DNA of 34,240 nt, taken from positions 1 through 34,240 of the forward strand of contig JBHHXN010000044.1 of NCBI GenBank assembly GCA_046757025.1, read 5' to 3'. The DNA comes from a bacterium. Its GTDB lineage: Bacteria; Zhuqueibacterota; Zhuqueibacteria; Oceanimicrobiales; Oceanimicrobiaceae. Shown piece after piece: positions 9,127 to 19,068 of this stretch. The stretch's first letter is position 1, and each line of letters starts with the position of its first letter. The position numbers and the translations under genes are program-made. The notes beneath the pieces are model-generated. The model was not told the DNA's origin. It saw only the letters and a program-made list of their open reading frames with translations, and did no database searches.

Positions 9127-9642
9127 CTATTGTTTCAACTTTTTTTTAGATAAAATCACCGTTCCGATGATGGCGGATAACAGCAAAATTGAAGCGATTT
9201 CAAATGGAAAAAGATAGCGCGTAAATAACAATTTGCCAACCGACCGGGTACTGCCGGTTTGCAGCAGTGAATGTGCACCGGCGTTGAAATCCGTTAAATA
9301 GGATTTACTCGAGTAAAATACCGCACCCAATTGAATCAACAGTAATACCGCCAGCAGCAGGCCCACAAACTGCGAAAACCGAAAAGATTTTTCTTTCAGG
9401 ATATTGCTTTTCACGTCCAACAGCATAATCACAAATAAAAACAACACCATAATTGCACCGGCGTAAACGATTATGTGAACAGCGGCGATAAAAGGCGCAC
9501 TGAGTAAGACAAAAAGCCCGGCCAGCGCCGTCAAGGTAATTATCAAGAACAGGGCTGAATAGATGGGATTTCGGTGTGCGATCATCATGACCGCAGAAGC
9601 GATGGCTAAAATCGCAAACAAGAAAAAGAGAAAAGGTATCAA
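9127..9642 (-). CDS. nuoJ: NADH-quinone oxidoreductase subunit J
   Basis: NPIYSAL, IIVYAGAIMVLFLFVIMLL and YLFPFEIASILLL. TTG start; abuts nuoK. Confidence 0.95.
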   Translation of the reverse strand: MIPFLFFLFAILAIASAVMMIAHRNPIYSALFLIITLTALAGLFVLLSAPFIAAVHIIVYAGAIMVLFLFVIMLLDVKSNILKEKSFRFSQFVGLLLAVLLLIQLGAVFYSSKSYLTDFNAGAHSLLQTGSTRSVGKLLFTRYLFPFEIASILLLSAIIGTVILSKKKLKQ

Positions 9643-9657
9643 AATCGGCTTACCCTG

Positions 9658-11259
9658 TTAAAAGAAAATTAAAGTAACCAGGAAAAATATGGGTACTAAA
9701 ATTAATACGGAGTAAAGCATGTAGCCGAAAAAGCTGGGCATTTTAACACCGTTTTCTTCAGCAATGGACTTGACCATGAAATTTGGCGCGTTGCCAATGT
9801 AGGTGTTGGCACCGAAAAACACGGCCCCACATGATATCGCCAGTAAAAAAGGCGTGAAGGATTCCATTTTTTGCACAAGAAGCTCGGTGAAACCATGCTG
9901 CAGCAAGACATCGTGTGAAAAGCGCAGGGCTTCGGCAATTTGCGCTTCGGTTAATCCTAAACTGCCAAGAGCGGTATTGAAAAACGTCAAATAGGTCGGC
10001 GCGTTATCCAGAAAACTCGAAAGAATTCCTGTTATCCAAAAATACTGGGCAGAATCTTTGACATAATCCACAATGAAAGCCAAATGCCCGGCGGAACCGG
10101 CTTGCAACATTTTCAAAGCCGGGATGATGGTCATAAATATGCCGGCAAATAAAATCGCCACTTCTTTGATGGGAAACCAGGTAAATTCATTTCCTGTACG
10201 CGTTTCCTTATCGGTAAATTTTAAAGAAAGAAATCCCATGAAAATGAGAAAAAAATCGCGAACGATAAACTCGATCGGTACGTGAATGCCAAATATATTC
10301 ATTTCTCCCAATTTCACATAACCGCTGAACAGTACCCCTGCTACGACGCCGCCCAGAAACAACAGATTCACCAGGCCTTCCACAGCGAGTTTTTCTTTTT
10401 TGACTACATGATCAACATGCTTCACTGATTTCGGTTCGTCAACGACTTCTTCCAAGACAACGGTACCGCCGTGTTCTTCGTCCACGTGAATATCCAGATG
10501 CGTCACACCGTATCCCTTGCCTGCCAAGCCTTCCCGGCGATACATTATCATATCAAAGATAAAAAACATGAGTAAGAGAAGAGACGATACCAGCAACATC
10601 GGAGGAAACAAATGAAGGGTCCAGAAAAATGGCACCCCGTGTAAAAATCCCAGAAACAGTGGCGGGTCGCCCAACGGGGTCAAAGAGCCGCCGATATTGC
10701 TGACCAGAAAAATGAAAAACACCACGATGTGTACTTTATTTTTCCGCTGGCTGTTCATGCGCAAGACCGGCCGAATGAGCAGCATGGAGGCGCCGGTGGT
10801 TCCAACCCAGGAAGCAATCACGGTACCGATTAACAATACGATGGTATTTGAAAGCGGCGAGCCCCACAGAGAACCCTTTAAATAGATGCCTCCGGCCACC
10901 GTGTACAAAGCCCAGAGCAAGATGATAAACGGGATATAATCGGTTAAATAAATATGCAAAATTTCATGCATGGCTTCGCCTTTGTACGCAAACAAAAATG
11001 GCAGGGCAAAAATGACCGCCCAGGTTGCAGACACCTTGCCAAAATGGTGATGCCAGAAATCACCCGCAACCAGCGGAAAAATGGCAATGGATAACAATAT
11101 GCCAACGAAGGGAATCACACTCCAGATGGGCAGCTCTGATCCCAAAGCGGCGCCCGCTGAGTGCTCTGCTTCTTCAATTCGACCCGTTTCCTGTCCGAAC
11201 AACGAGTTAATGGACAAAACTAACAACAGAAACATGACAACAACGATCAGTTTTCGCAT
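9658..11259 (-). CDS. IT-superfamily secondary transporter (NhaD-like sodium:proton antiporter / putative citrate transporter family)
   Basis: Polytopic protein with GTTGASMLL, SNIGGSLTPLGDPPLFLG, SSFLDNAPTY and TYIGNAPNFMVK. Ends 15 nt before nuoJ. Confidence 0.85.
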   Translation of the reverse strand: MRKLIVVVMFLLLVLSINSLFGQETGRIEEAEHSAGAALGSELPIWSVIPFVGILLSIAIFPLVAGDFWHHHFGKVSATWAVIFALPFLFAYKGEAMHEILHIYLTDYIPFIILLWALYTVAGGIYLKGSLWGSPLSNTIVLLIGTVIASWVGTTGASMLLIRPVLRMNSQRKNKVHIVVFFIFLVSNIGGSLTPLGDPPLFLGFLHGVPFFWTLHLFPPMLLVSSLLLLMFFIFDMIMYRREGLAGKGYGVTHLDIHVDEEHGGTVVLEEVVDEPKSVKHVDHVVKKEKLAVEGLVNLLFLGGVVAGVLFSGYVKLGEMNIFGIHVPIEFIVRDFFLIFMGFLSLKFTDKETRTGNEFTWFPIKEVAILFAGIFMTIIPALKMLQAGSAGHLAFIVDYVKDSAQYFWITGILSSFLDNAPTYLTFFNTALGSLGLTEAQIAEALRFSHDVLLQHGFTELLVQKMESFTPFLLAISCGAVFFGANTYIGNAPNFMVKSIAEENGVKMPSFFGYMLYSVLILVPIFFLVTLIFF

Positions 11260-11367
11260 TTCATCTCTTTCATTAAATGATATTTGTTAAGAACAAAATT
11301 GCCTGAATTATTGATAACTATGAAGGTTGATTTGAATCGCTGGATTGGGCCAAAAAACTGAAAATCA

Positions 11368-11395
11368 AGTTTAACAATATTAAAATAAAAGTCAA
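11368..11395 (-). promoter_or_regulatory. Putative sigma70 promoter of the antiporter-nuoJKLM operon
   Basis: Minus strand TTGACT (11395-11390), 16-nt spacer ending in TGT, TAAACT (11373-11368), an extended -10. Confidence 0.55.
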
Positions 11396-11434
11396 GTAAA
11401 ATATCCGAATACACAAGGGGTTGCAGGCTATTTA

Positions 11435-11577
11435 TTGGCTGAACGAAAACTACCCTTTTGTGTCATTCCCGAGAAATCAGGAATCTATAAGCAACTGTTT
11501 TAATGGATTTCTGCCCCCCCGCATTCGCGAGGACGAACTTCACTGGAATGACATGAACTGACTTTTCGTTCAAACAT
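11435..11577. mobile_element. MITE-like element (TGAACGAAAA TIR type) with a palindromic core
   Basis: TGAACGAAAA (11440-11449) pairs with TTTTCGTTCA (11563-11572). Inner TGTCATTCC (11461-11469) pairs with GGAATGACA (11545-11553). Same termini as 20445-20695. Confidence 0.7.
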
Positions 11578-11595
11578 AAGTATTCCATTTCAAAA

Positions 11596-11698
11596 TTGAT
11601 TGTCGGATACCTATCTTCATGCTGACTCCCTAATATACTTCAGGACTCAGCATGAAGATTGATGGTAAAATGGATTTAATCAACAGAATCATTAATGA
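11596..11698. repeat. Palindromic REP/MITE-like element
   Basis: ATCTTCATGCTGACTCC and GGACTCAGCATGAAGAT form an inverted repeat (16/17). It shares GGACTCAGCATGAA with 13932-13945 and its right end with 82-104. Confidence 0.6.
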
Positions 11699-11811
11699 GC
11701 CATGGCCAAAAGCAACAGTAAAAAACCAATAGCTGATAGCTTATCCCAGACTGGGGAAAAGATCCAAATAAATTGATTTGCATTTAATAATATAAGAATT
11801 AAATTAGATAA

Positions 11812-11949
11812 TTAGCCATCCGTACTTGTCATTCCCGAAGGTTCCCTGCTTACGGCATGCAGGGTAAAGCTCATCGGGAATCTCGTGCCTAACTGCCGAA
11901 TGAATTTCAGCTTGGAATGACAACAAAAGGCTCTTTACGGACGGATACT
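11812..11949. mobile_element. Diverged copy of the 6537-6683 MITE-like element
   Basis: Collinear match ccatccgta..gtcattcccgaa..ccctgctta..catgcaggg..aagctcatcgggaatctc.tgcctaac...aaaagg..tc.ttacgga.gga.ac. Confidence 0.75.
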
Positions 11950-11995
11950 CATGAAGTTAAGTTTGAATCGTAAGTTAACAAAATGTTTCTGGTAA

Positions 11996-12607
11996 TTGAA
12001 AACGAACAACTTACACATTTCAAATCCTTTAGATTCCTGTGATAAAATAGAGCGAATTCAGAAGGAACGCCAACTTTGGGAGCGGTTAAAAAAAGGCGAT
12101 GCCCAGGCTTTAGAGTTTTTGTTTCGAGCCTATTATTCTCATCTATTCGACTATGGCGTGAAACTAGCCAGAGAACAGGAATTGGTAAAAGACGCTATCC
12201 AGGAAATATTTTCGTATATTTGGGAAAAACGAAGAAATCTTTCAGCGGTGGATTCTATTAAAGCCTATTTGCTTGTTTCATTACGACGCCTTCTATTGAA
12301 TACCCTTAGCAAGCAACGACGGCAAAAAACTGCTCATCACGAGTTTACAATGGAACAAATTGCCGACGTGTTTTCGCTGGAAGATTTGATAATATTTGCA
12401 GAGCAGGAAGCCTCCGAGCAAAAAAGGCTTCAAGGTGCATTTAAAGAAATTCCTGCACGGATGAGGGAGGCACTTTATCTTAAGATGTATGACAATCTGA
12501 CCTATAAAGAGATTGCCGTGATCATGAACGTAAGACCCCAAGTCGTACGTAATTATTTATCGGAGGCATATCACCGTCTTAAAGCATTGCTGGAGTCTCC
12601 GACATAA
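11996..12607 (+). CDS. ECF-type RNA polymerase sigma-70 factor
   Basis: Region 2 LKKGD..ALE.LF..YY..L and DAIQEIF.YIW; region 4 IPARMREALYL..YDNLTYKEIA.IM. Upstream of FecR. TTG start is uncertain. Confidence 0.92.
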   Translation: MKTNNLHISNPLDSCDKIERIQKERQLWERLKKGDAQALEFLFRAYYSHLFDYGVKLAREQELVKDAIQEIFSYIWEKRRNLSAVDSIKAYLLVSLRRLLLNTLSKQRRQKTAHHEFTMEQIADVFSLEDLIIFAEQEASEQKRLQGAFKEIPARMREALYLKMYDNLTYKEIAVIMNVRPQVVRNYLSEAYHRLKALLESPT

Positions 12608-12760
12608 CCTCAAGCCCTCCCACCTTCTCATTACACCTTACACCTTTTTCAAAATATCAAAAAAAAGCATTACATTTTCTCATTTTGTCCCTCTTTAATA
12701 TCAAAGGCGGCAATCCTATTATTTTAACAAACCTTTAAGAAATAAATCTATGACTCAAGT

Positions 12761-13852
12761 ATGAAAGACATTGTCTCTTTACTCCTGAACGAATCATTTC
12801 ATAACTGGCTTTTGGGAAAGGCATCCCCGTCGGAAAAAAAGAAATGGGATGCCTGGCGAAATGGTTCAACGGAGAATAGAGAACTTTATTTGAAAGCGCT
12901 GGAATTCCTACAATCCATAAAATTCAATGTTGCTGAAAGCCCGGTAATTGATACTGAGTGGAACAAATTGAAAGCAAGATTACAACTGGATAAAAGTTTG
13001 GAAGAAGCGACTCAAGCCTTTGCTGCTCGCACCAGACCCTACCTCCACCGTCGAAAATATGACAGCTGGGTACGATTTGCAGCCGTGGCATTTGCTGCGA
13101 CCATCCTGATAGCTCTCATAACGTGGTTTGATTTTTTCCAAAGAGAAACAAAAATTGCAGAGCGAGAAACTTATCAACTCATTTCGACGGAATATGGTCA
13201 GCGGGCGACGATCAAGCTTCCCGAAGGAACGAAAATCGTTTTGAATGCCAATTCGACCTTACGCTATCCGGCGGTGTGGGTGCCATCTTCAACGCATCGT
13301 TTTGAATTGCAGGGAGAAGCTTATTTTGCCGTCACCAAGAGTTTGGATGAGCCTCGGGGTAAGTTCTTCGTGCATACCACGGATGGCACGATTGCTGTTA
13401 CCGGCACGCGCTTTGTAGTTTATGAACGCGGCAACGGCACACGTGTGGTTGTTGAAGAAGGCGGTGTGGAAGTTTCTTCGGTTGACACCAGGCTTGTGGA
13501 TTTAGATTCCCTTACAAAAGCGCAGCTAACGTCAGGACACTTACTGCAATTTACAAAAGGAAAACAAACGCTGAACCCCATTTCGGTGAACATCAAACCG
13601 TTTGTTACCTGGTGGAAAAAAGCCATGATTTTGGAACAAACCCCATTCAAAGAGATCGTACAGCGTTTGGAAGAGACGTATGGCGTCCGGGTAAAAATTT
13701 TGGATAAACGTCTGCTGAAGAGAACGCTCTCCGGGTCTATCGAAAATCAGAATTTGGTGGTGGTTACGGATGCGCTTGCAAACGCCCTGAAGGTTCCGGT
13801 ACACCGAGAAGGTTCTCTCATTATTTTTGGAGAGGGCGAGGTTTCTTTTTAA
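12761..13852 (+). CDS. FecR-family anti-sigma factor
   Basis: Single TM segment, then GQRATIKLPEGTKIVLNANSTL, LQGEAYFAV, VTGTRFVV and LEETYGV. Confidence 0.92.
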   Translation: MKDIVSLLLNESFHNWLLGKASPSEKKKWDAWRNGSTENRELYLKALEFLQSIKFNVAESPVIDTEWNKLKARLQLDKSLEEATQAFAARTRPYLHRRKYDSWVRFAAVAFAATILIALITWFDFFQRETKIAERETYQLISTEYGQRATIKLPEGTKIVLNANSTLRYPAVWVPSSTHRFELQGEAYFAVTKSLDEPRGKFFVHTTDGTIAVTGTRFVVYERGNGTRVVVEEGGVEVSSVDTRLVDLDSLTKAQLTSGHLLQFTKGKQTLNPISVNIKPFVTWWKKAMILEQTPFKEIVQRLEETYGVRVKILDKRLLKRTLSGSIENQNLVVVTDALANALKVPVHREGSLIIFGEGEVSF

Positions 13853-13863
13853 TGAATTGTATG

Positions 13864-13997
13864 AATGACCAGTTGAAAATCTGTTTTGATTGATTGTCAA
13901 AAAGTCCTCATGGTTTCCCGATTTTTTTGTGGGACTCAGCATGAAAGAATACGCTTCCGCCTGAGTGGAGTCTAAGGCTTTTTTTCAACTGGTCATT
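13864..13997. mobile_element. MITE-like element with a perfect 16-bp terminal inverted repeat
   Basis: AATGACCAGTTGAAAA (13864-13879) and TTTTCAACTGGTCATT (13982-13997). Confidence 0.7.
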
Positions 13998-14069
13998 TTA
14001 ATAATTAAAAAAGTAGAGTTGAAAATTTATTAATTTGAACCTATTACCGTAATGACGGAAGGAGGTTTT

Positions 14070-17000
14070 ATGCGACGTCTAATTACTGTGTGCATGATGG
14101 TAGTGGTTGGAATACTTGCGACGAACAGTCTTGCGCAACATTTGGCATCCAAGACTGTTGAGCGGCAGTTATTAAACCAGCCATCCCGGCAATTTGTGAC
14201 TTTGGGGGAAGCCCTGTCTAAGCTCGAACAAGCCTATGGTGTCAATATCGTTTATGATGATGCCGTTGTCAACGGGCGAACCGCGCCACAACTGGTTTCT
14301 TCTTCCCAAAAATTTCAAGAAGCCTTGGAAACGGCTCTTGGCAACTATCCGATTTACTACAAAAAAGTTGGCGCCAGGACTGTAGTTCTTCAACATATGG
14401 AGCCGCCTCCCGTACACCCTGAGCCGGCAGGATTAATTGCACAGGGACATCGAGTCAGCGGGCGCATAATTGACGGAGAGGACAGAACTCCGCTGCCAGG
14501 ACTAAATATTGTCGTAAAGAATACAGACCGGGGAACCACGACCAACAACGATGGGCTGTATGTGCTGGAAAATGTCTCACCTGAGGATACATTGATTTTC
14601 TCATATATTGGATATCAGAGGGAGGAAGTGCCCATCGCTGGCCGTCAGGTGATCGATATATTCATGATACGCCAGGTCATCCCTGGGGAAGAGGTGACGG
14701 TGGTTGGGTATGGCACCCAGCAACGGAGGGAGATCACGGGTTCGGTTGCCCGAATCTCTGCAGTGACTTTTCAGGATATCCCTGTTCTTAGTTTTGAACA
14801 AGCGATCCAGGGCCAACTCTCGGGAGTGGATATCCAGGAAAATACCGGCGAACCCGGCGGCGAACCCAATGTTCGAATAAGAGGAACCGGCTCGATTAGT
14901 GCGGGAAATGACCCGTTGTATGTCATCGACGGCCTGCCGATTTCTAAAAATTTGAGTCTCCAGGGTACGCTGTTCCGGCGTCGTGCAGCCTTTAAACCCC
15001 CACCCACAAATCCACTCGCGTCTTTAAATCCACAGGATATTGAATCGATTGAGATTTTGAAAGATGCCTCGGCCGCAGCCATTTATGGCTCAAGAGGATC
15101 AAATGGCGTGATTCTTATCACCACTAAAAAAGGTAAGGCCGGCTCTAAACCAGCTATCAGGTTTGATTCCTATACGGGTGTTCAATCACTTGCTAACAAA
15201 CCGGATATGATGAACGCTAAGGAATTAATAGAGTACACAAAAGACGCCAGGAACAACAACTACCTTGACAAATATGATCCATTAAATCCGAACAGTCCAA
15301 ATTACAACCCCAACTATAATCCAGATAATAATAATGGGCGCCCGAATGATGGCAATGTTCGTTTGCCGGATAAATATATCAATTGGGATGGCACGGATAC
15401 AGATTGGCTGGATCTCATCTTCAGCTCTGCGCCAATTACGAATACGAATGTTTCCGTTTCAGGCGGCAGCCAAAATATTTCATATTATCTCTCTGGCGGT
15501 TTCCTACAGCAAGACGGAATTATAGAAAATTCGCAATTTAAGCGATACAGTTTTAGTGTGCGTTTTGTCGGCGATTTAACAGAATCGATTCAATTTGGCG
15601 CCAACATCAATACCGCTTTCACCAACAATAGCAGAGTACCGGCAAATGCGCCTTACTTTGGAAGACCTCCTGGTATCGTCTATTCGGCAATGGTACACTC
15701 GCCGGTCCTCAAGCCTTTTAATGTGGACGGGACGCCTAACCAGTTGGATGCCCAGTCTTATCTGGGGGGCGGTACCACATCTGCCAGCAATCCGTTGGCG
15801 ATCATGGAAGCCATTGATGAAAATCTGGATAATCATCGAACATTTGGTAATGTCTATACAGATATTATGCTCACCAAGGGTCTATCGTTTAGATCTTCAT
15901 TTGGCATTGATTTAAATAACTATCAAAACTCTTTTTTCAGGGGCAACAGTTTGTTATACCGAACCGCGCAATCAGGCGACCCCTATGCTCAAAACAGTGC
16001 CGCCACGGGTACGAACTGGGTTTGGGAAAACACACTTCATTATGATAAAACTTTTAAGGACATCCATAATTTTACAGCCCTGCTAGGTTATTCCGCCCAA
16101 AAAGAAGTGAGTGAGCAAAATTCCGTCATCGCGGTAAACTTCCCCGACGATCAGGTACAGACCATCAGCGGCGGTCTGGTTACCGATGGCAGCAGCATTA
16201 AGGAAGAGTGGTCTTTGGTTTCCATGTTAGCGCGGATCAACTATAATTTCAACTACAAATATCTTTTGACCGCCACCATTCGTTCAGACCGCTCATCCCG
16301 ATTCGGTGCAGGGAATCAAACTGGTATCTTCCCTTCTCTTTCGGTGGCCTGGCGTATGACCGAAGAGAAGTTTATGCAGCGCCTTGGCTTTCTAAGTGAA
16401 CTCAAATTACGAGCAAGTTATGGAGAGACCGGTAACTTCCTCATTCCCAACTATGGCTCCATTGGCCTGTTGGGTCAAGGTCTTTACGTCGAAGATGATC
16501 AGCCTGTCAGTGCGGTCTTTCCAGCAACAATCAGTAATGAAGATTTGGGCTGGGAGACAACTAAACAGGTTGACCTTGGAATTGACTTTGCCCTATTCGA
16601 AGACCGAATTTATGGCACCTTCGATTGGTACAATAGCAAAACGGAAGATTTACTGCTCCAGGTAGGCGTACAATCGGCAAGTGGTTTTACCAATGCTTTG
16701 ACGAACATCGGTAAAGTTCGGAATAAGGGCGTGGAACTCTCACTTACTTCACGCAACCTGGTAGGTGACTTCCAATGGACCACCGACTTTAATTTCGCAG
16801 CTAACGACAACGAGGTGCTTTCGTTAGGTCCGGGCGATGAACCGATATTGGTTGCCGGCGCGGCCGGCATCCGGCACATCACCCAGGTCGGATCTCCCAT
16901 GGGAAGTTACTATGGTTGGGTCGTGGATGGTATTTATCAGTCCGAGGCGGACATTGCGAATTCTCCTGTCGATGAAATGGCCCCGGCTCCCAAGCCTGGT

Positions 17001-17585
17001 GACTTCAAATTCAAGGACGTCAACGGCGACGGCGTGATAAATACCGATGACAGAACCATTACCGGCAGTTATCATCCTGATTTTATTTATGGGTTTACCA
17101 ACCGGTTTTACTACAAAAATTTTGACTTGAGCATCTTTTTCCAGGGCGTCGAAGGTAGAGAAATATTGAATCTGACCGCCCGGCACATGAAAAATGGTGA
17201 AGCCAATTTTAACAGTTATGCCATTGAAAATGAGCGCTGGCGCTCTCCCGAACAGCCCGGCAATGGCAAAATTCCCCGAGCAGACCGGCAAAGCGCACTG
17301 CAGGGCAATAATAACAGGCCGTCTTCATTCCAGGTTGAGGATGGCTCATACCTCCGGTTAAGGAATCTTACAATTGGATACAGACTTCCGCATACCTGGA
17401 GCAGCAAGTTTGCTGAAAGCGTAAGAATTTACATTTCTGGAAGAAATCTGTTTACGATTACAGATTACATCGGGTTCAACCCGGAGGTCAGTCTTCAGTC
17501 ACAGAATATGCTCGTACAGGGGGAAGATTATGGAGCCTACCCACTGGCAAGAACCTGGATTATCGGGACCAATGTTTCTTTCTAA
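14070..17585 (+). CDS. SusC/RagA-type TonB-dependent transducer with an N-terminal signalling extension
   Basis: Signal peptide, STN-like segment, CarboxypepD-like domain, VVGYGTQ, IRGTGSI, PLYVIDG, DIESIEILKDASAAAIYGSRGSNGVILITTK and terminal F. Start placed at ATG 14070 after GGAGG rather than 14052. Confidence 0.95.
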   Translation: MRRLITVCMMVVVGILATNSLAQHLASKTVERQLLNQPSRQFVTLGEALSKLEQAYGVNIVYDDAVVNGRTAPQLVSSSQKFQEALETALGNYPIYYKKVGARTVVLQHMEPPPVHPEPAGLIAQGHRVSGRIIDGEDRTPLPGLNIVVKNTDRGTTTNNDGLYVLENVSPEDTLIFSYIGYQREEVPIAGRQVIDIFMIRQVIPGEEVTVVGYGTQQRREITGSVARISAVTFQDIPVLSFEQAIQGQLSGVDIQENTGEPGGEPNVRIRGTGSISAGNDPLYVIDGLPISKNLSLQGTLFRRRAAFKPPPTNPLASLNPQDIESIEILKDASAAAIYGSRGSNGVILITTKKGKAGSKPAIRFDSYTGVQSLANKPDMMNAKELIEYTKDARNNNYLDKYDPLNPNSPNYNPNYNPDNNNGRPNDGNVRLPDKYINWDGTDTDWLDLIFSSAPITNTNVSVSGGSQNISYYLSGGFLQQDGIIENSQFKRYSFSVRFVGDLTESIQFGANINTAFTNNSRVPANAPYFGRPPGIVYSAMVHSPVLKPFNVDGTPNQLDAQSYLGGGTTSASNPLAIMEAIDENLDNHRTFGNVYTDIMLTKGLSFRSSFGIDLNNYQNSFFRGNSLLYRTAQSGDPYAQNSAATGTNWVWENTLHYDKTFKDIHNFTALLGYSAQKEVSEQNSVIAVNFPDDQVQTISGGLVTDGSSIKEEWSLVSMLARINYNFNYKYLLTATIRSDRSSRFGAGNQTGIFPSLSVAWRMTEEKFMQRLGFLSELKLRASYGETGNFLIPNYGSIGLLGQGLYVEDDQPVSAVFPATISNEDLGWETTKQVDLGIDFALFEDRIYGTFDWYNSKTEDLLLQVGVQSASGFTNALTNIGKVRNKGVELSLTSRNLVGDFQWTTDFNFAANDNEVLSLGPGDEPILVAGAAGIRHITQVGSPMGSYYGWVVDGIYQSEADIANSPVDEMAPAPKPGDFKFKDVNGDGVINTDDRTITGSYHPDFIYGFTNRFYYKNFDLSIFFQGVEGREILNLTARHMKNGEANFNSYAIENERWRSPEQPGNGKIPRADRQSALQGNNNRPSSFQVEDGSYLRLRNLTIGYRLPHTWSSKFAESVRIYISGRNLFTITDYIGFNPEVSLQSQNMLVQGEDYGAYPLARTWIIGTNVSF

Positions 17586-17622
17586 TGAGAAGGAAACGGG
17601 TAAGAATTTACAGGAGGATACA

Positions 17623-19068
17623 ATGAAGAAGATAATGTTGGCAGTATCAGTATTGATATCATCGGTATGGATGCTGTCTTGTTCCGAAGACTTTACACTG
17701 TTAGCGCCGCAATCGGATAGAAATGTGGAAAACTTTTATAAGAACGCCAAAGATTTTGAGGTGGCGGTAAACGGAATCTATGATGCGTTGCAAAGCGGGG
17801 GTACTTACGGAAATACCGTGGCCATTGCCACAGGCGGCACCGGGGGCTATTGGATGTTGACAGAAATGAGATCCGACAATACGGATCAAGGAGGCGATGT
17901 GACCGGCCTCGCCGCTCAGGTAGCCGTAATCAACCAGTTCGCCGAAGACGCCCTGAATGAATTTGTTCTGGGCGCATGGGTGGGGTCATACGCGGGCATT
18001 GCCAGGGCGAACATAGTGCTGACTCGCATCGTGGATGTGGACATGGATCAAAGTTTAAAAGATCGCTATACCGGAGAAGCACTTTTTCTGAGATCCCTGT
18101 TTTATTATAACTTAGCCTTACTTTTCGGCAATATTCCCATGCCGCTCACGGAAACCGTCTCCATCTCAGATCAGCTTGAGCAAGTTCCGGCCGCCACTGT
18201 TTTTAATCAACTGATCGCAGATTTAAAAGAAGCACAGGCCAAGCTTCCAGACGTCCATACGTCAGCAGTAGGCGGCAAAGCGACCAGAGGCGCAGCCCAA
18301 ACTCTGTTAGCCAGGGTCTATCTTACAGTCGGCGATAAAGCCAGCGCTGAAACCGTTTTGCGGGATATTATCAGCAGCGGCCTATATCAACTGGTACCGA
18401 ATTATGAAGACCTCTGGGGGCCTGAAAATGAAAATAATATTGAATCCATCTTTGAAGTGCAATTCAAAGCAGGTGGATTTGGTGAGGGCAGCGGATACGC
18501 CAATTCATTTTCTCCAAGCTCCGATCTCGTGGGCGGCGGGCCTACAGGAGGCCGTAACCGGCCCACACTCGATATGATTGCGGCTTATGAAACCAACGAT
18601 TTGCGTTTTTTGGCTTCCATGGATACCTCATACGTGGATTTATCCGGCACAACCAACAGCGCCAGGTACGTCAAGAAATATTTGAGCGTGCCATTTGGCG
18701 ATAATGACGCCGATAACAATTTTATCGTTTTTCGCTACGCGGATGTATTGCTCATGCTCGCTGAAGCTATTGGCGAGGGCGCCGAGGCTTACGGTTTGAT
18801 CAATCAATTGAGGAGTCGCGCCGGTTTGGCTGATATAGACGCCAGTACACCTGGAACGTTTGAAGATAAATTACTCCATGAACGGCGGGTGGAACTGGCC
18901 TTTGAAAATCACCGCTGGTATGACCTGCTGCGATTTGGGAAAGCTCTGGAGGTGATGCAGGCGCACATGGCGGCTGAAGGATTTCCGCAGCCTGGTGTAA
19001 ATGATCTATTATTTCCCATTCCTCAACGAGAGGTGGATTTAGGTCTGCAACAAAATCCAGGCTATTAG
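17623..19068 (+). CDS. SusD/RagB-family outer-membrane lipoprotein
   Basis: Lipobox MLSC, GEALFLRSLFYYNL, RYADVLLMLAEA, ERRVELAFENHRWYDLLR and QNPGY end. Start placed at ATG 17623 after AGGAGG. Confidence 0.95.
   Translation: MKKIMLAVSVLISSVWMLSCSEDFTLLAPQSDRNVENFYKNAKDFEVAVNGIYDALQSGGTYGNTVAIATGGTGGYWMLTEMRSDNTDQGGDVTGLAAQVAVINQFAEDALNEFVLGAWVGSYAGIARANIVLTRIVDVDMDQSLKDRYTGEALFLRSLFYYNLALLFGNIPMPLTETVSISDQLEQVPAATVFNQLIADLKEAQAKLPDVHTSAVGGKATRGAAQTLLARVYLTVGDKASAETVLRDIISSGLYQLVPNYEDLWGPENENNIESIFEVQFKAGGFGEGSGYANSFSPSSDLVGGGPTGGRNRPTLDMIAAYETNDLRFLASMDTSYVDLSGTTNSARYVKKYLSVPFGDNDADNNFIVFRYADVLLMLAEAIGEGAEAYGLINQLRSRAGLADIDASTPGTFEDKLLHERRVELAFENHRWYDLLRFGKALEVMQAHMAAEGFPQPGVNDLLFPIPQREVDLGLQQNPGY

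Noticed and set aside
15270..17050. Asn/Pro-rich stretch and DVNGDG loop in SusC as novelties
   Set aside because: Low-complexity loops and the KDxNGDGxI motif are common in SusC proteins.
17530..17622. Longer SusD start given by the ORF track
   Set aside because: It overlaps susC and buries the lipoprotein signal. ATG 17623 has AGGAGG and a normal signal peptide.
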